A stretch of 61,869 nt of DNA, filler included, from Dugesia japonica (taxonomy: Eukaryota): assembly GCA_001938525.1 (NCBI GenBank). It is 6 parts of 6 records of this genome, joined end to end, with 100 filler letters (N's around TTAATTAATTAA, not from the genome) between each part and the next. Parts side by side here need not be neighbours in the genome. Positions count along the whole stretch, not along the records: positions 32,046 to 40,772 come from MQRL01551412.1; positions 40,873 to 51,860 come from MQRL01608088.1; positions 51,961 to 61,869 come from MQRL01622383.1; 3 more parts are not named here. One strand, 5' to 3'. Both the position numbers and the translations under genes were made by a program. The notes beneath the pieces are model-generated. The model had not been told where the DNA came from. It made no database searches and was given only the letters and a program-made list of their open reading frames with translations. Positions 39,458 to 53,037 of the stretch are shown here, in pieces. How positions within the stretch are numbered: position 1 is the first letter of the stretch; every line of letters begins with the position of its first letter.

Positions 39458-40772
39458 TAGTAGCACAGAGAGTCGAGGTGTGCGCGAACCCCTCGGATTA
39501 GTGATGTAATTTTTGTGATTATCCGTAATTTGATAGTTTAATCTATGATGTAATTAATACATCGGAAATTGATTCCATCAATTAAATTTATTGTGTAATG
39601 TTTAATCTTTTAATTTTTTTATGTAATTTTTAATAATTAATTTTAATTGGTAAGATTTTTTCAAGCTTTTAAGGCGGTAAAATATTTTATAATGATTTTA
39701 GTTGGCAAAGGTTTTTCAAGCTTTTTAATCGGCAATTTTTTTTCAGACTTTTTTAAGCAATAATAATTTTGCGTAATTTTTGGGTGAATTTGTCGAATAT
39801 TTCCTCAAGATTGGTCAGTTTAGGTAATGTTTGGATGATTCAGTCAAATATGTCATTAATCTGGTTGATTTTGCTTCATTTTTTTGCGATTTTGTCAATT
39901 TCTTCGTTGTTTAAGTGAAGTTGACTTATTTTTGGACGACTAGATCAAATATTTTCTCGATTTGGGTAGTTCTTGAATAATTCGGTCAAATAGATCCTCG
40001 GAAATGGTTAATTTGGTTGATTTGGTAAAAATTTTCCTCAGCATTGGTTTTAATTAACTTTTAAAAGGTAATTTTGAAAATAAATTAGATTCAATGTATC
40101 TTTATGGTTAAAATTATATTAGCAAATTTATTAAGAATATAAAATTTTGAAATGATTTGTAACTTTTTATTGATTATATTGCAAATAAGATTGATTAAAT
40201 AAAATCAAATATTATGGATTTAATAAGTTTCAAATAATTTTGAGAAGAATATCTAAAACATTAATTTTAAGTGTAAAATACAGTGGTTTTAATCTTTTTA
40301 AAATAATAAGTGAAATTTAAGCTTTTACAATTTTAAAGATGAAAAAACCTTTAGAATTTTTATTTTTAATTAAACTGTTACAATAGTAGATTGATAGTGG
40401 TGCATAAGAACAGCACACATTCATTTACTCCCCGTGACGTTATGAAATTTAATCCTAATGCATTTAGTTAGGAATTTAATATTGAGTCATAAATTGCATC
40501 ATTAGGTAACTATTACATTACTGTTTTTAAATTTCTCTGTGTATTTAGTTGGGAAAACCTTTTGCAAACAAATTATGTCATGAGATTAATTTCATTGTCG
40601 AAATTTTATGTAATAGGATTAACTGTTTTCAAATTTTTCTGATATATTTAGTTGGGAAATTCTTTTAGTCTTTTTAGGTTGTAACTGTTTTTAAGTTTTC
40701 CCTGTGCATTTAGTTGGGAAAATTTTCTTTATAGGCTTTTGGTAATTTTTGAGAGAATTTGGTTTATCATTT

Positions 40773-40872
40773 NNNNNNNNNNNNNNNNNNNNNNNNNNNN
40801 NNNNNNNNNNNNNNNNTTAATTAATTAANNNNNNNNNNNNNNNNNNNNNNNNNNNNNNNNNNNNNNNNNNNN
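40773..40872. other. Artificial assembly linker
   Basis: 44N-TTAATTAATTAA-44N. Confidence 0.95.
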
Positions 40873-41660
40873 TATTTATATTTTTCATATTTTTTTTGTA
40901 AAAAGAATATAATTTATGCAATCGATTTGAATTATAGAAATAATAAAGTGCGTTTAAAAGTGGCCAATTTAATATTGCTATTTATATTTTAAAAAATTTT
41001 ATTTATTTGATTTTAATTTGGNNNNNNNNNNNNNNNNNNNNNNNNNNNNNNNNNNNNNNNNNNNNNNNNNNNNNNNNNNNNNNNNNNNNNNNNNNNNNNN
41101 NNNNNNNNNNNNNNNNNNNNNNNNNNNNNNNNNNNNNNNNNNNNNNNNNNNNNNNNNNNNNNNNNNNNNNNNNNNNNNNNNNNNNNNNNNNNNNNNNNNN
41201 NNNNNNNNNNNNNNNNNNNNNNNNNNNNNNNNNNNNNNNNNNNNNNNNNNNNNNNNNNNNNNNNNNNNNNNNNNNNNNTATTATGAAATTTCAATAAAAT
41301 AATTTTAAATGCTATTTAGAATCCGTCAACTGAACATTAATTTTAGCACTCTCTTTCAATAATTAATAAATTTACTGCAAGATTTTTAAATCAGAAAACC
41401 CTAAAGAATTTATACATTTTCTTTGATTCTGAAAAATACTATCCTCTTAGGACTCTGGTGTAGTGATGACGTGAAGTCTCTCCAAACAAAAGCCAAAATG
41501 CAAAGATATTTTAAATATATAAGTTGTATCCTGATCTCATAAGGTTATAAATACGTTCAATAATAAATCTATAACATCGATTAAATTGAATTTGTTTCTT
41601 TGTTTGATTATTTTTAACAGATAAATTAATTATTTATTTCTTTTATCATTATTAAATTAG

Positions 41661-43684
41661 ATTCAAAATAATTGGTTTTTCGATGAATCTTCAATTAATG
41701 ATCAAAGCTTTGTTAAACCAGATTTACAATTTGTAGAAACAGGTAAAAATTATTGTTGTTATACAAATTTATAGTTTTTCATTTATTTAGCAACAAAATT
41801 TCTTGAAGAAATCGAAAGGTTAAATGAGCTTTCATTAACTAATCCCATTAATAAGTTCAAAGTAAATTATTATATTTTTATGGAATTGCAATTATTGCGA
41901 GAATAATTATTGGACGTAACCATTGATCGTTTTTCAGAATTCATTTAATATAAAAGCTTTGATTAAAGGTTTTCTTGTTTTTGATAATAATTCTAATTTT
42001 GGACTTTGCCTTCATCAGGAATTGACTTTGCTGATAATAAGAATTATTATCAAAAACTCAAAAAAAGAAAATTTGATCAAAGATTTTATTTTAATAAATT
42101 GTTATAATTTATATTATAAATTAATTTTAATTGGTTAACAAAATTGTTTACAGACCAAACAGTTGCCAATTCATGAAGCTTGCAAAAAAGGAGATATTGA
42201 GAATGTGAAAATATATCTAATAGACAAATCAAATAAAGATGCTTCCGATATGGTAATTTTATACTTGAATTTCTTTGAATAAATCTTTATAACAATAAGT
42301 TACAAATGACCCCGATTCTTTGCGCATGCAAATTTGGTCAGTTAGAGATCGTTAAGTTATTACTGGAGGAAAATTGTGATTTTGAAATATATGATGCTGT
42401 AGAATATTTTTTGAAATTTAATTGGTAATAACTTTCATAAAAGTTCAAAAAGCGACCAATCCATTATGCTTGTGAACGAGGTGATGTGGAAATAGTGGAG
42501 ATTTTATTGAATTATAAATGCGATTTTGAAATTGGTGATGGGGTAAATTTTGAGAATTTATTAATTTTGTTTGACTGTTTGAACATTTAGCAAAGTTTAT
42601 TCCCAATCCATTATGCTTGTAGAAACGAACATGTTGATGTTGTCAAGATGTTACTGAAACGGAATTGTGATATTACAAAAAAAGACTTTGTATTGCGTTT
42701 TTGTATAATTCAATAAATGAAATTTCTTTATAGCAAAACCGACAACCAATTCATTATGCATGTAGTCGAGGTAATCCTGAAATTGTTCGTTTACTGTTAC
42801 ACGGAAAGAATCTAGAAGAACCTGACATGGTAATAAAATATCTATTTATGACCATAGTAAAAACCTTTTTAAACCAATTCTTCTAGTAAAAGTAAAATAT
42901 TTGATAAATAATAAATTTGCGAGTTACCAAAATTTAATTACATATAAATTGTATTTTCTATTTTCTTAGATAAATTTTCAAAACGCAAAATATTTTTTTG
43001 CATCAGTATTGGTCGTTTTTCTTCGTCTTCCACTATCAATTTTATGTTCTTAATTTCCAGTTGCTCCGTAATCTTTAAGAAATGTATTGACTGACGATTG
43101 AACTTCCACCATTTTCATTGCTATTTCTCTTTCAGATAAACCGCAATCTGAATATGCTACAATTTGTCCTTTTGAAAATTAGTTAGCTTTGTCATTGATA
43201 TAATTCCATCTAAATGCCACATCTAATCTATTTAAATTTACGCAAAACAATACAAAATACTTATTCAATTTATTTGATTTTATCAATCTTACAAGAAATC
43301 TATACGAAGTTTTGTTATTTAAAGTAATTTGTCTTATTTGATAATGATTAGATTTTATTTGTGCGTCTTTTATATTTAATAACTTCTTGTTACGCAGTTG
43401 TTGAGGTTAAGGTATGTGGACTTAAAAATTTTTGTTGAATACTGATTTATTGATTTTTTAAAAACTTGCAANNNNNNNNNNNNNNNNNNNNNNNNNNNNN
43501 NNNNNNNNNNNNNNNNNNNNNNNNNNNNNNNNNNNNNNNNNNNNNNNNNNNNNNNNNNNNNNNNNNNNNNNNNNNNNNNNNNNNNNNNNNNNNNNNNNNN
43601 NNNNNNNNNNNNNNNNNNNNNNNNNNNNNNNNNNNNNNNNNNNNNNNNNNNNNNNNNNNNNNNNNNNNNNNNNNNNNNNNNNNN

Positions 43685-43731
<47 letters not shown>

Positions 43732-46277
43732 ATTTTTATTATTATTATTATTATTATTGTGAGTATGTTTTGAAAAGTGAGTTGAAATTTTTGTGCTTAT
43801 GTTGGAAATTATTTTCTTAACATCTTTTATTTAAAAATTGAAAGTCACAAATTAATTAAGAAATTAAAGTAAATTAAATTAAAGTTTTTGTACAAAAATT
43901 ATAATTAGTTTAAAGATTAATTTAAATATTTTTATACACAATTTATTGTAGATTTTTAGAAATGAAAATTTTGTTTTAAAATTTCGGAAGAATTTTTAAT
44001 GATATTTTAATAGCAAATGATTATTTTCTTTAAATTTTCGAATTATTTTAAATGAAAGTTTTAATCTAAAATTTTAAATTTATTAAAAAATAATTTCTAA
44101 TTAAAACAGTTTTAATTTGTTTGGAAAACCAAATAATGACGGATATAGTTTTGTTTTGTGAATATATATTTTATGTAAACGAGTTTTGACATTAATTATC
44201 AGGTGAATGTTTCAAACTCATCTAAAAATTATTATTATTATTATTGATTCTCATATATTATTACTATTTCCTTGTTTCCGCTTTTATTCCTTTTGTTTTA
44301 TGTTAAGTTTTGTTTAATCATCGTGTTTTCTATTTCTTTTAATTATTCTTTAATCAATTTTTATTATTAATAATTTCCACAAATATTTCTCTTTCTATTT
44401 TATTATGTTTTATTATCCAACTGGTTTTATGATTTTCCGTAATTTGAAGTGAAACTTTTCGCACTTTTAAATAGTGCCTTTCTTAATTTAATATTTTGTG
44501 TATGTTCTTTGGCTGTTCTAGCCCAAAATTTTTAATGGATTTTAAATAAGTTATAGACAATGTCCAAGAACGAAACACTGAATTTTTTATCATGTTCCTC
44601 CTATACTCATGATCACAAGAACAATTTGTGGTAACATATAAGGTAGTATCAGTTTTCTTTCTGTTGATTTCAGTCTCATAATGCCATGTAGCAAACGGAC
44701 ACAGTAAACAATTTTTAAGTTGTTGATTTCGCAGACAATTGGTAAAATTTTGGTTGATAAAGGAAAAAAGGTTGATACCATGTTGAATAATTCTGAACCT
44801 AATAACACTTTGTCAAACTTTGCTGAGCTATTTATTTTTATCGATTCCTTATTCTGAAGGGTTTAAAAAGTTTAAGTATTTTACGTCACAAAAACTTTTT
44901 AATAGTTTTCTTAATAAATCCATACTCCAATTCGTTTGTGTTCTAACCTTGTTTAGCAATTTAAATGTAATGATTGTAATGGCGCATACATTGAATAGAC
45001 TGCACGTTATCTCTGTACAAGAGTCCAAGAGCCCAATAGTATTGGTGATGATAGTAATATTGCTGGTCATAAATAAAAACATTAATGTAATGCAAATGTT
45101 TACATTTCAAATTTAAAATTTTTGTCTAAACAATTTAAAAATTATTGAGTGAAAGTGTTACATAAGACGTTAATGATTACATTTTTTTAATCTAAGCATT
45201 AATGTACAGACAGCTCTTTCGACTAAATTAATAAAAAAAATTTATAAGTTTTAGGTTTTGTTTTTACTTTATAGGTTTTGATTTTTTAATAAAATTTCAA
45301 AATAAAACAAAAAAAATCTAATTTTTATTATAGGTTTTGAAATTTCAATAAATATTTTAAATTAATAAATATCATAATTAGAAAATTGGAAAAAAAATTC
45401 CAAAAGAAAAGTTTGGATTTTTATAGATTCTAAAATTTCAATAAAGGCTTAAATTTCATAACATTTTATAAGCAAAAAAGTTTTAAAAAGTTTTTAAATT
45501 TTTAATTATTGCCATTTAATATTCAGTATAATTGTTTAAATCTTTTTTTAAATAATACAAACTGAATAATCACATATTTTTCATTTTATCTAACGCTGGT
45601 GATTGAATTTCCTTTGTAATCATGCATTTGTCTTCCTTTGAATTATTAAAAGTTGTTACACAAATTTGTTTTATGGGTACAAGTCATCAATTCTTGACAA
45701 TAGAGTACTTAAAACTTAAATGCTTTTTAATCATATTTCAGAAATAAGCCTACTATAGATACACGTATTTAATTAATTTTAATTAAAATTATTCATTAAT
45801 TGTATTAAAATCTTAAATATACCTTGTTTAAATTCATTGTTTGCAATAAATGTAATTTTTTCAAATTTCCCAAATTTTTTAATCGTATCTACAAGTCAAA
45901 TCCTTTAGAATTTGTTCGATCTGACAAAGGAAAATGTGAAAACACTTGTATACCGTTTATTTAGACCAATACAAATCATTAAATCCGATACATTCATTAA
46001 CTCAGTACAGTCAATAAACCTAGTACATTCAATGAACCCGATACATTCATTAAAGCTATACATTCAGTTCATTACGTATTTGACTTACAGTAAAGTTTTA
46101 TTTTAAATGGCGTTATATATTTTTTAGCAAAANNNNNNNNNNNNNNNNNNNNNNATTATTATTATTACAATTTGGAAAATTGAAATATATTTTATTTAGT
46201 GCAATTTATATCCTATCCATTATGCTGGCGGATTCAAATTAATGAACGCATTTATTGATAATGAATATTTGACAAAC
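41661..46277 (+). CDS. Ankyrin-repeat protein gene, partial; exons 41661-41742, 41791-41861, 42154-42252, 42300-42398, 42444-42542, 42591-42689, 42734-42829, 46200-46277
   Basis: All introns GT-AG with compatible phases and no stops. Exons read TKQLPIHEACKKGDIENVK..., MTPILCACKFGQLEIVKLLL..., RPIHYACERGDVEIVEILL..., FPIHYACRNEHVDVVKMLL..., QPIHYACSRGNPEIVRLLL..., YPIHYAGG. Start and stop not found. Confidence 0.9.
42975..43215 (-). mobile_element. Tc1/Tc3-like transposase N-terminal HTH fragment, intronic
   Basis: GQIVAYSDCGLSEREIA...SSVNTFLK...SGRRRKTT. Confidence 0.75.
45643..46090 (+). repeat. Dispersed ~450-bp repeat (copy 2), intronic
   Basis: Collinear with 14890-15340. Confidence 0.85.
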
Positions 46278-46960
46278 GTGAGTTGGATTTTTATTCGATA
46301 TTATCATTTTAATTAGTTCTGATTCTTGATTGTGTAATATTCTGTATCTTATGTCTGAGTACAATTGATATAATTATATGCAAATGGACAATGATATATG
46401 TAATTAGNCAGTGAAAAGTGAGAAATTAGCGCTCTTAATCATGGCTGACAGGTAACCCCCTCTGGTCAGCCAATTTTGATTGGCCAACTCACTTTAACTC
46501 ATCAACCTTATTTTTGACTCGTCGACTCATCTGGACCGACTTAACTTATTTTGATTGAAGTTTTAACCTACAATGTTAATATTAATTTACTGGCGACCAC
46601 AGCTTTGCTGTGATTTTTGATCGGCCACACTAGCGAAGCTGTGATATATCTGACTAGTTGATATAGGTATCATCAGCAAAATNNNNNNNNNNNNNNNNNN
46701 NNNNNNNNNNNNNNNNNNNNNNNNNNNNNNNNNNNNNNNNNNNNNNNNNNNNNNNNNNNNNNNNNNNNNNNNNNNNNNNNNNNNNNNNNNNNNNNNNNNN
46801 NNNNNNNNNNNNNNNNNNNNNNNNNNNNNNNNNNNNNNNNNTTTCATTATTATTATTATTAATATCCTTAATATTATTATTCATTTAATGTTTTTTTGGT
46901 TTTTTGAGATTAATTATTTTGAATCAATCTCAAAAAAACAAATTTTGATCGAAGCTTTTA

Positions 46961-48262
46961 CAGGGGGTTCCAATTTAAGGTTATATTTTAAATTTTCAAT
47001 AACAGAAGCTAAAGATATGAAATGTAGCAATATATTTATTTACAATGATAGTACATATATTCCGGTTTAGCAATGAAAAATAATGACATGCAAGTGACCT
47101 CCTGCTGCTGCATAGCAAGCACCCATTCTTTTACAAATGTTTTTTATGACATTTTGGCACAACTGGAGCTTAATTTCACCAATTTCATAGATGATGTTCT
47201 CCTTAAGTTCAACAATTGTTTGAGGGTCGCTAATATACACTTTTTCCTTAAAAAAATCCGAAAAGAAAAAATCTAGAAGCGTTAGATCGCAGGATCTGGG
47301 TGGCCAATTGATGTTTGCATTTCGAGAAATTAATCTTTCACCAAATCGTTCTCTTAAAAGGGTAATTGATTCTTTTGACGTAGGAGATGTGGCACCATCC
47401 TGTTGAAACCACATGTTCCGGTTATCCATACCTTTCAATTTATGAAACAAACACTTTCCAATCATATTTCGATATCGAGCTCCGGCAACTGTTACAGAAT
47501 TCCCAGCTTCATTCTCACAAAAAAGGACCGATAACCCCACCCGCCCATAAACCACACCAAACATTTNCCTTTTGTGAATAAAATTGTTTATGTAGTATTT
47601 CATGTGAGTTTTCATTGCCACAAATTCTATAATTCTGCGTGTTCACAAATTCTCCTATTTCAAAATATGCTTCGTTGCTAAAGATCACTTTTTGGAAAGA
47701 TATTTCATTTTCATGTATATTTTCAATGACCCATTTACTGAATTTACGGCGTATTACAAAGTCTGTCGACTTTATTTTTTGAGTTATTTGAATCTTGAAT
47801 GCCTTAAAATGAAGATCCTCATGCATAATTCTGAATAACGTCGTTCTTGGAATGGATAGTTGATGTGAACGATGATGTATTGACGTTTTTGGTTTCTCAC
47901 TCACACTACAGCTTATGGCTGCAATATTTGTTTCCGAGCGACCACTTTTATGATATTCTCGGCGTCGTTCATCTTTCATCGAGCTACTCTTTATAAATTG
48001 TTTGATAACTTTTTGAATTGTCACATGTGACGGCCACTTTCTCTTCCATATTCAGACTTAAATTTTCTGCGAACTTCAGCATAACTTTCGCCGTATTTAA
48101 AATAATTTTTTACCATAAATACTTTTTTTTCAATGGTATAACGATTCATTTTTAAAAACCATATGAATTACTTTTGTTTATTCAAAAATTATTGATTTAA
48201 TAAAACAAAACAGAAATAAATGGAATTAAATTTAAAATGTAACCTTAAATTGGAACACCCTG
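46961..48262 (-). mobile_element. Full-length rosa-type (DD41D) Tc1/mariner transposon, frameshifted
   Basis: TIR CAGGG(G/T)GTTCCAATTTAAGGTTA at both ends with TA flanks; ATG at 48149; FSNEA, WFQQDGA, WPPRSCDLTLLDF with 41 residues between the second and third D. Confidence 0.93.
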
Positions 48263-48371
48263 TATTTTAAATGAATTCTTAAAAACAATCAATGGTTACG
48301 GCTAACAATTATTTTTGCATTAATTGTAATTGTAAAATTATTATTATTATCATTATTTTTATTATTACCAT

Positions 48372-51300
48372 TATGAGGAAATAATTATTATTTAATATTT
48401 TTAGCCAATAGAAATTGAGTTAATTCAGTACTATGTTTCAATCAGTTCTTTTCAATAATAATTATTTATAAATAACATAGTTTGTAGCAGTAAAATAAAT
48501 GATGTCTCAAAATATTAGTTTTGATTTGGAAAATGAAATACCAATTGAAGATTTACCTAATATGGTAGCAGCGGTAAATACCGATTTCGTTACAGAGAGG
48601 TTATTGCCGAAAGTTTTCTGTAGAGGAGATGATATTGAGAAATTCATCAAGCGGTATAAATTGTATTTTGAAGCTAAAAAAACACCCATCTGAAACAACA
48701 GGAGAGATTAGTCTCTTGTATGTAAGATGAAGATTTGTTGGAAGAATATGCAAAGACGTTGAAAATATTTGAAAGATTTCAGGCGCGTTTACGTATGACA
48801 TTTAAGAAAGAGAAAGATGTTATCAAAGATTTTAAAATTGTATTAACTACAGGCTGGGAGATGAAGAAATTCAAGTTTATTTTAAAAATGTAAAAGATTT
48901 AGTGGAAAGATTATTTACCAAAAAAGATTTTACAAAAGGCAAAATGGTAGCAAAGATGCTAGTATATTGTTCAGATAAAAACAAAATTGAAGAAGAAGTG
49001 ACTTTGTGGAAAAGAAAGAATATAGAAGAAATTGAAGAAATAATGACGTTAGTAAATTGAGTTGATGAAGGTAGAAGTTACGCGAGAGTTACAAATCGAA
49101 ATTATCAAAAACCATTAAATCATACAGTGAATAGACATGTGGAGCAAAGAAAGGTAAAAAAATGTCGAATGTTGGTCATGTCATACGATTGATCATACTA
49201 AAGCAAATTGTCCTACTAAAAAAGTGGTGGAGTGTTGGACTTATCATAAAACAAGACATATAAGTCAAGATTGTCCAAATAAAAACCAACAAAATGTTTT
49301 GGATGTGGAAAGGTTGGCCATATTAGAAGGTTATGTCAAGAAGTGAGGTGTAAACNNNNNNNNNNNNNNNNNNNNNNNNNNNNNNNNNNNNNNNNNNNGA
49401 AAAGAACAAGTGAGAAGTTTGTGACTGCAGAAAGATCAAGAAACCGATATAATCGAGTACATGCGATTGAAGATGAAGATGACAGTACAAACGATGTATA
49501 TGAGGTAGTATATGAAAGTGATTCCGAAAGGCAGTACCCAAAAAGCAGGGCTCCACCAGTAGAGAAGTTGGTTGAAACCATTTTTTGTTAAATGAAGTTA
49601 GTATTTATCATCAAGGGGTCGAAAAGTGGGATGATATAGGAAAAGTTACAAAAAAAGTATACAGGTTTTTAAAGAAGGAAAGTTTTGCGGATGATAGACA
49701 AGTAGAATGGGTTGGAACAGTTGAAGCCAAAAAGAAAAAAATATTTCGTACCATAAATTGCAAGGCAGACCAAGTGTTACAGTATCAATTCAAAGAAATA
49801 AAGTAAATGTCTATTAGATACAGAGACTATAATTAACGTTATGAGTTTGAGTTGATTTAATAAATTACGAGAAGGAAATTTAGAAATGAGTGATGACAGA
49901 TTGCGTTGTGCAAACAATAGTATACTTGAAATTGTTGGAAAAGTTAGAACTGGAGTGATAATTGATGAAGTTTGCAAAGAGATTACTTTCTTAGTTGCTG
50001 AAAGAGTAACACCAGATCTAATAAAAGGAATAGATATGCAGATGATTTTTGAATAACAGCTTATTAAAAATATTGATAGCAAAACGGATGAAAAAGTCGA
50101 AAATTACATTTGTAATATTGAAGCTAAATTTCGGAGACAAATTAAAAAAGGAGAGCGATTGACAATAGCTTTAAATATTTTGAAGATTTAAGAGGATCAA
50201 CGGTTATTGAAAATAATTGAAAGTAAAGAATGGTAGATAAATGGGATGTAGAACGCACTCATCTGCCAAGACACAAAATAATCCCAAGTGGTGAACCTAT
50301 CAATGTAAAACCGTATAGACAAACAATGAACTCAGAATCTAAAATTGAAGAAGCTATCCAAAACCTTTTCGAGAATAATATTATCCGAAAATGCAACTCT
50401 CCATGGAATACCCNNNNNNNNNNNNNNNNNNNNNNNNNNNNNNNNNNNNNNNNNNNNNNNTTGGATTTCAGACAATTGAATGCAGTAACGAAAAGACAAG
50501 CCTTTCCTATGCCTAATGTCGATGAAATGCTGAACCAGGTAGATACAGCCAAATATTTCAGTTCAATAAATTTGGAAAATCTATACTATCAAGTAGAGCT
50601 TGAAGAAGAATCTTAAGAAAAAACGGCGTTTTCAACGAAACACCGACAATATTGTTTTAATAGAATGTCATTTGGTATCGCAGCGGCACCAGGGACATTT
50701 CAGAAGATGATGACAAAAGTGGTTGGCGGAATCAATGGAGTCATGGTTTATCTTGATGATATCCTGATATTTACGAGCAATAAAGATCAACACTATAAAG
50801 TAATCGAAAGAGTATTGGCGGAAATAATGAAGGCTGATCTAAGAATTAATCCGGAGAAGTGTCAGTTTCTTCAAAGCGAAATCAAGTTTCTTGGACACAT
50901 AATAGCAGGGATAAGAACATTTGGTAAACATAACTGTGTGATGAAGTTACGAAGTTTCTTAGGAATTTGTAATTATTACAGAAAGGTTTTAGAAAACTAC
51001 ACAAGAAAGTCAAAGATATTAGAGCAGTTGTGTAGCAGACCAAGCAACAAGAAATTAGAATGGACAGATGAAATAAACGATACTTTTGAGGGTCNGAAGA
51101 AATCTCTAATGACTGTACCAATATTGTGTTTTCCAGACATAAACAAAGAATTTATATTAGATACAGATGCCAGTTTCGATACATTTAGGACAGTATTATC
51201 ACAGAGAGACAAAGAAAGAAGAGAAGGAGTTGTTGCCTATGGATCCCACTCAATGACGAGTCACGTAAAGGGATACTACATTACACGAAAGGAGTTATTA

Positions 51301-52340
51301 GCTGTTTATTATTTCTGTATGCATTTCAAAAATTACTTGTACGGTAGAAGATTTACTCTTAGAACAGATCATAAAGCTCTAACTTTCATAATGACGACAA
51401 AGAAACCAATTACGTCGTATTTCCAGACATGGATTAATTATCTAAGCAGTTTAGATATGGTTTTGGAATAAAGAAAAGGAATTCAACATGCTAATGCAGA
51501 TGTTATCTAGACAAAGATGTGAGGTATGTGTACAGTGTCAAATGTCACATGAAAATGACAAGAAAGGAAGATTAAAACGAGANTACTGAACATAATTGAA
51601 AAGGAAAAAGAAGATCAATTAAACATTTCTAAGGAAACAGATTTGATAAAGAAAATGAAAATTCCGGATGACAAACTACATGAAACAATAGAAGAAATAC
51701 ATAAAGTATTATGTCATGCAGGTGTTGAAAAGGTGTACGAATATATGAGAAACAAATATATTGCAAAGTATTTGTGGAGCCAAATTCAGAAGATAGTTCG
51801 TAGTTGTGAAATTTGTCAGAAGACCAAAGTAGTGACAACACCAACTAAAGAGAAGACAAANNNNNNNNNNNNNNNNNNNNNNNNNNNNNNNNNNNNNNNN
51901 NNNNTTAATTAATTAANNNNNNNNNNNNNNNNNNNNNNNNNNNNNNNNNNNNNNNNNNNNAATGATAAATAAAAAAAAAATTGTAATAATAATAATTTTC
52001 TAGTCCATATCATCATAACACAAATGGCCAAATCGAGAGTCAGTTTAGAACTTCGAGGGATATGATTAATACAACGCTTAAATAAAGAAAAATTTCAGAT
52101 TGGGCATATGTATTACCAGAAATAAAATTTACCTTAAATGCTACAAAACAGAGAACTATCAGGAAAAGCACTGCTGAAATCGTATTTTGGAAGAGAATTA
52201 GCAGAGAAAAATGGTATGAAACCAATACCCAAAGAGTGCACAGAGAGCAAGAAGAAGAAATATTGACCAAAAGACAATTANAGATCGGTGATGAGGTCTT
52301 AGTGAAAGCTGAAACAAGAAACAAGAGCCAAGATCGTTTG
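48372..52340 (+). mobile_element. Near-complete decayed Ty3/Gypsy element (family B): LTR 48372-48562, PBS 48563, gag, PR, RT, RH, IN
   Basis: PBS TGGTAGCAGCG; CCHC knuckles; CLLDT; VYLDDILIF; FILDTDAS; HKVLCH...CEIC; the integrase C-terminal part (SPYHHNTNGQIE) lies beyond the linker and may be another copy. Confidence 0.92.
51861..51960. other. Artificial assembly linker
   Basis: 44N-TTAATTAATTAA-44N. Confidence 0.95.
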
Positions 52341-53037
52341 ATTTTTCCGGTTTTGAATATGAATTTTTAAATTTGTTTGTTTAATTAACTAATGATGTCA
52401 TAATTTTATATTAATAAACCGTTGTAATGAATTTGAATTCTGATGTTAATGATTCGATGAGTTTTCNNNNNNNNNNNNNNNNNNNNNNNNNNNNNNNNNN
52501 NNNNNNNNNNNNNNNNNNNNNNNNNNNNNNNNNNNNNNNNNNNNNNNNNNNNNNNNNNNNNNNNNNNNNNNNNNNNNNNNNNNNNNNNNNNNNNNNNNNN
52601 NNNNNNNNNNNNNNNAATTAATAATTGTATCTCAAGATGAGATAAATAATTATTTCTCGAAACATGTAATATATTTTGAAATGGAGTTTCAGAGGTTTTA
52701 TTAACATATTGCCATTTCAGATTACAAATAGAATTATTGCTAGAATAATTTTTGGACAATTAAGTATTTATCGTATTTTTAAAGTTTTAATAAATTAAAA
52801 AGCTTAGATGAAAATGTTTTTATTGTTACGAGTTCCGAAAAAGAATCATTTTTCATTTATGGAAAATTCTAATCGTTGTCATATTTATTTTTATCACAGC
52901 ATTCCAATCAATATTAAACATTTAATTGTCAGTAATTTTATTAGTTACGTATTTTTATTTTTTCTTTTAATTTAATTTATTATCAATATTTTTCCTTTAA
53001 AATGAAATTACAAATCTCTATTTATTAATCATTTCAG

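Noticed and set aside
44430-45116. Overlapping short ORFs inside the ankyrin intron (similar coding-like tract at 25600-26280)
   Set aside because: No recognisable motifs or consistent frame.
46587-46682. FADDT reverse-transcriptase motif on the minus strand
   Set aside because: Only five residues beside an N gap; insufficient to call.
11881-51960. TTAATTAATTAA palindromes as biological sites
   Set aside because: Always centred in 44N+44N blocks; a six-frame-stop assembly linker.
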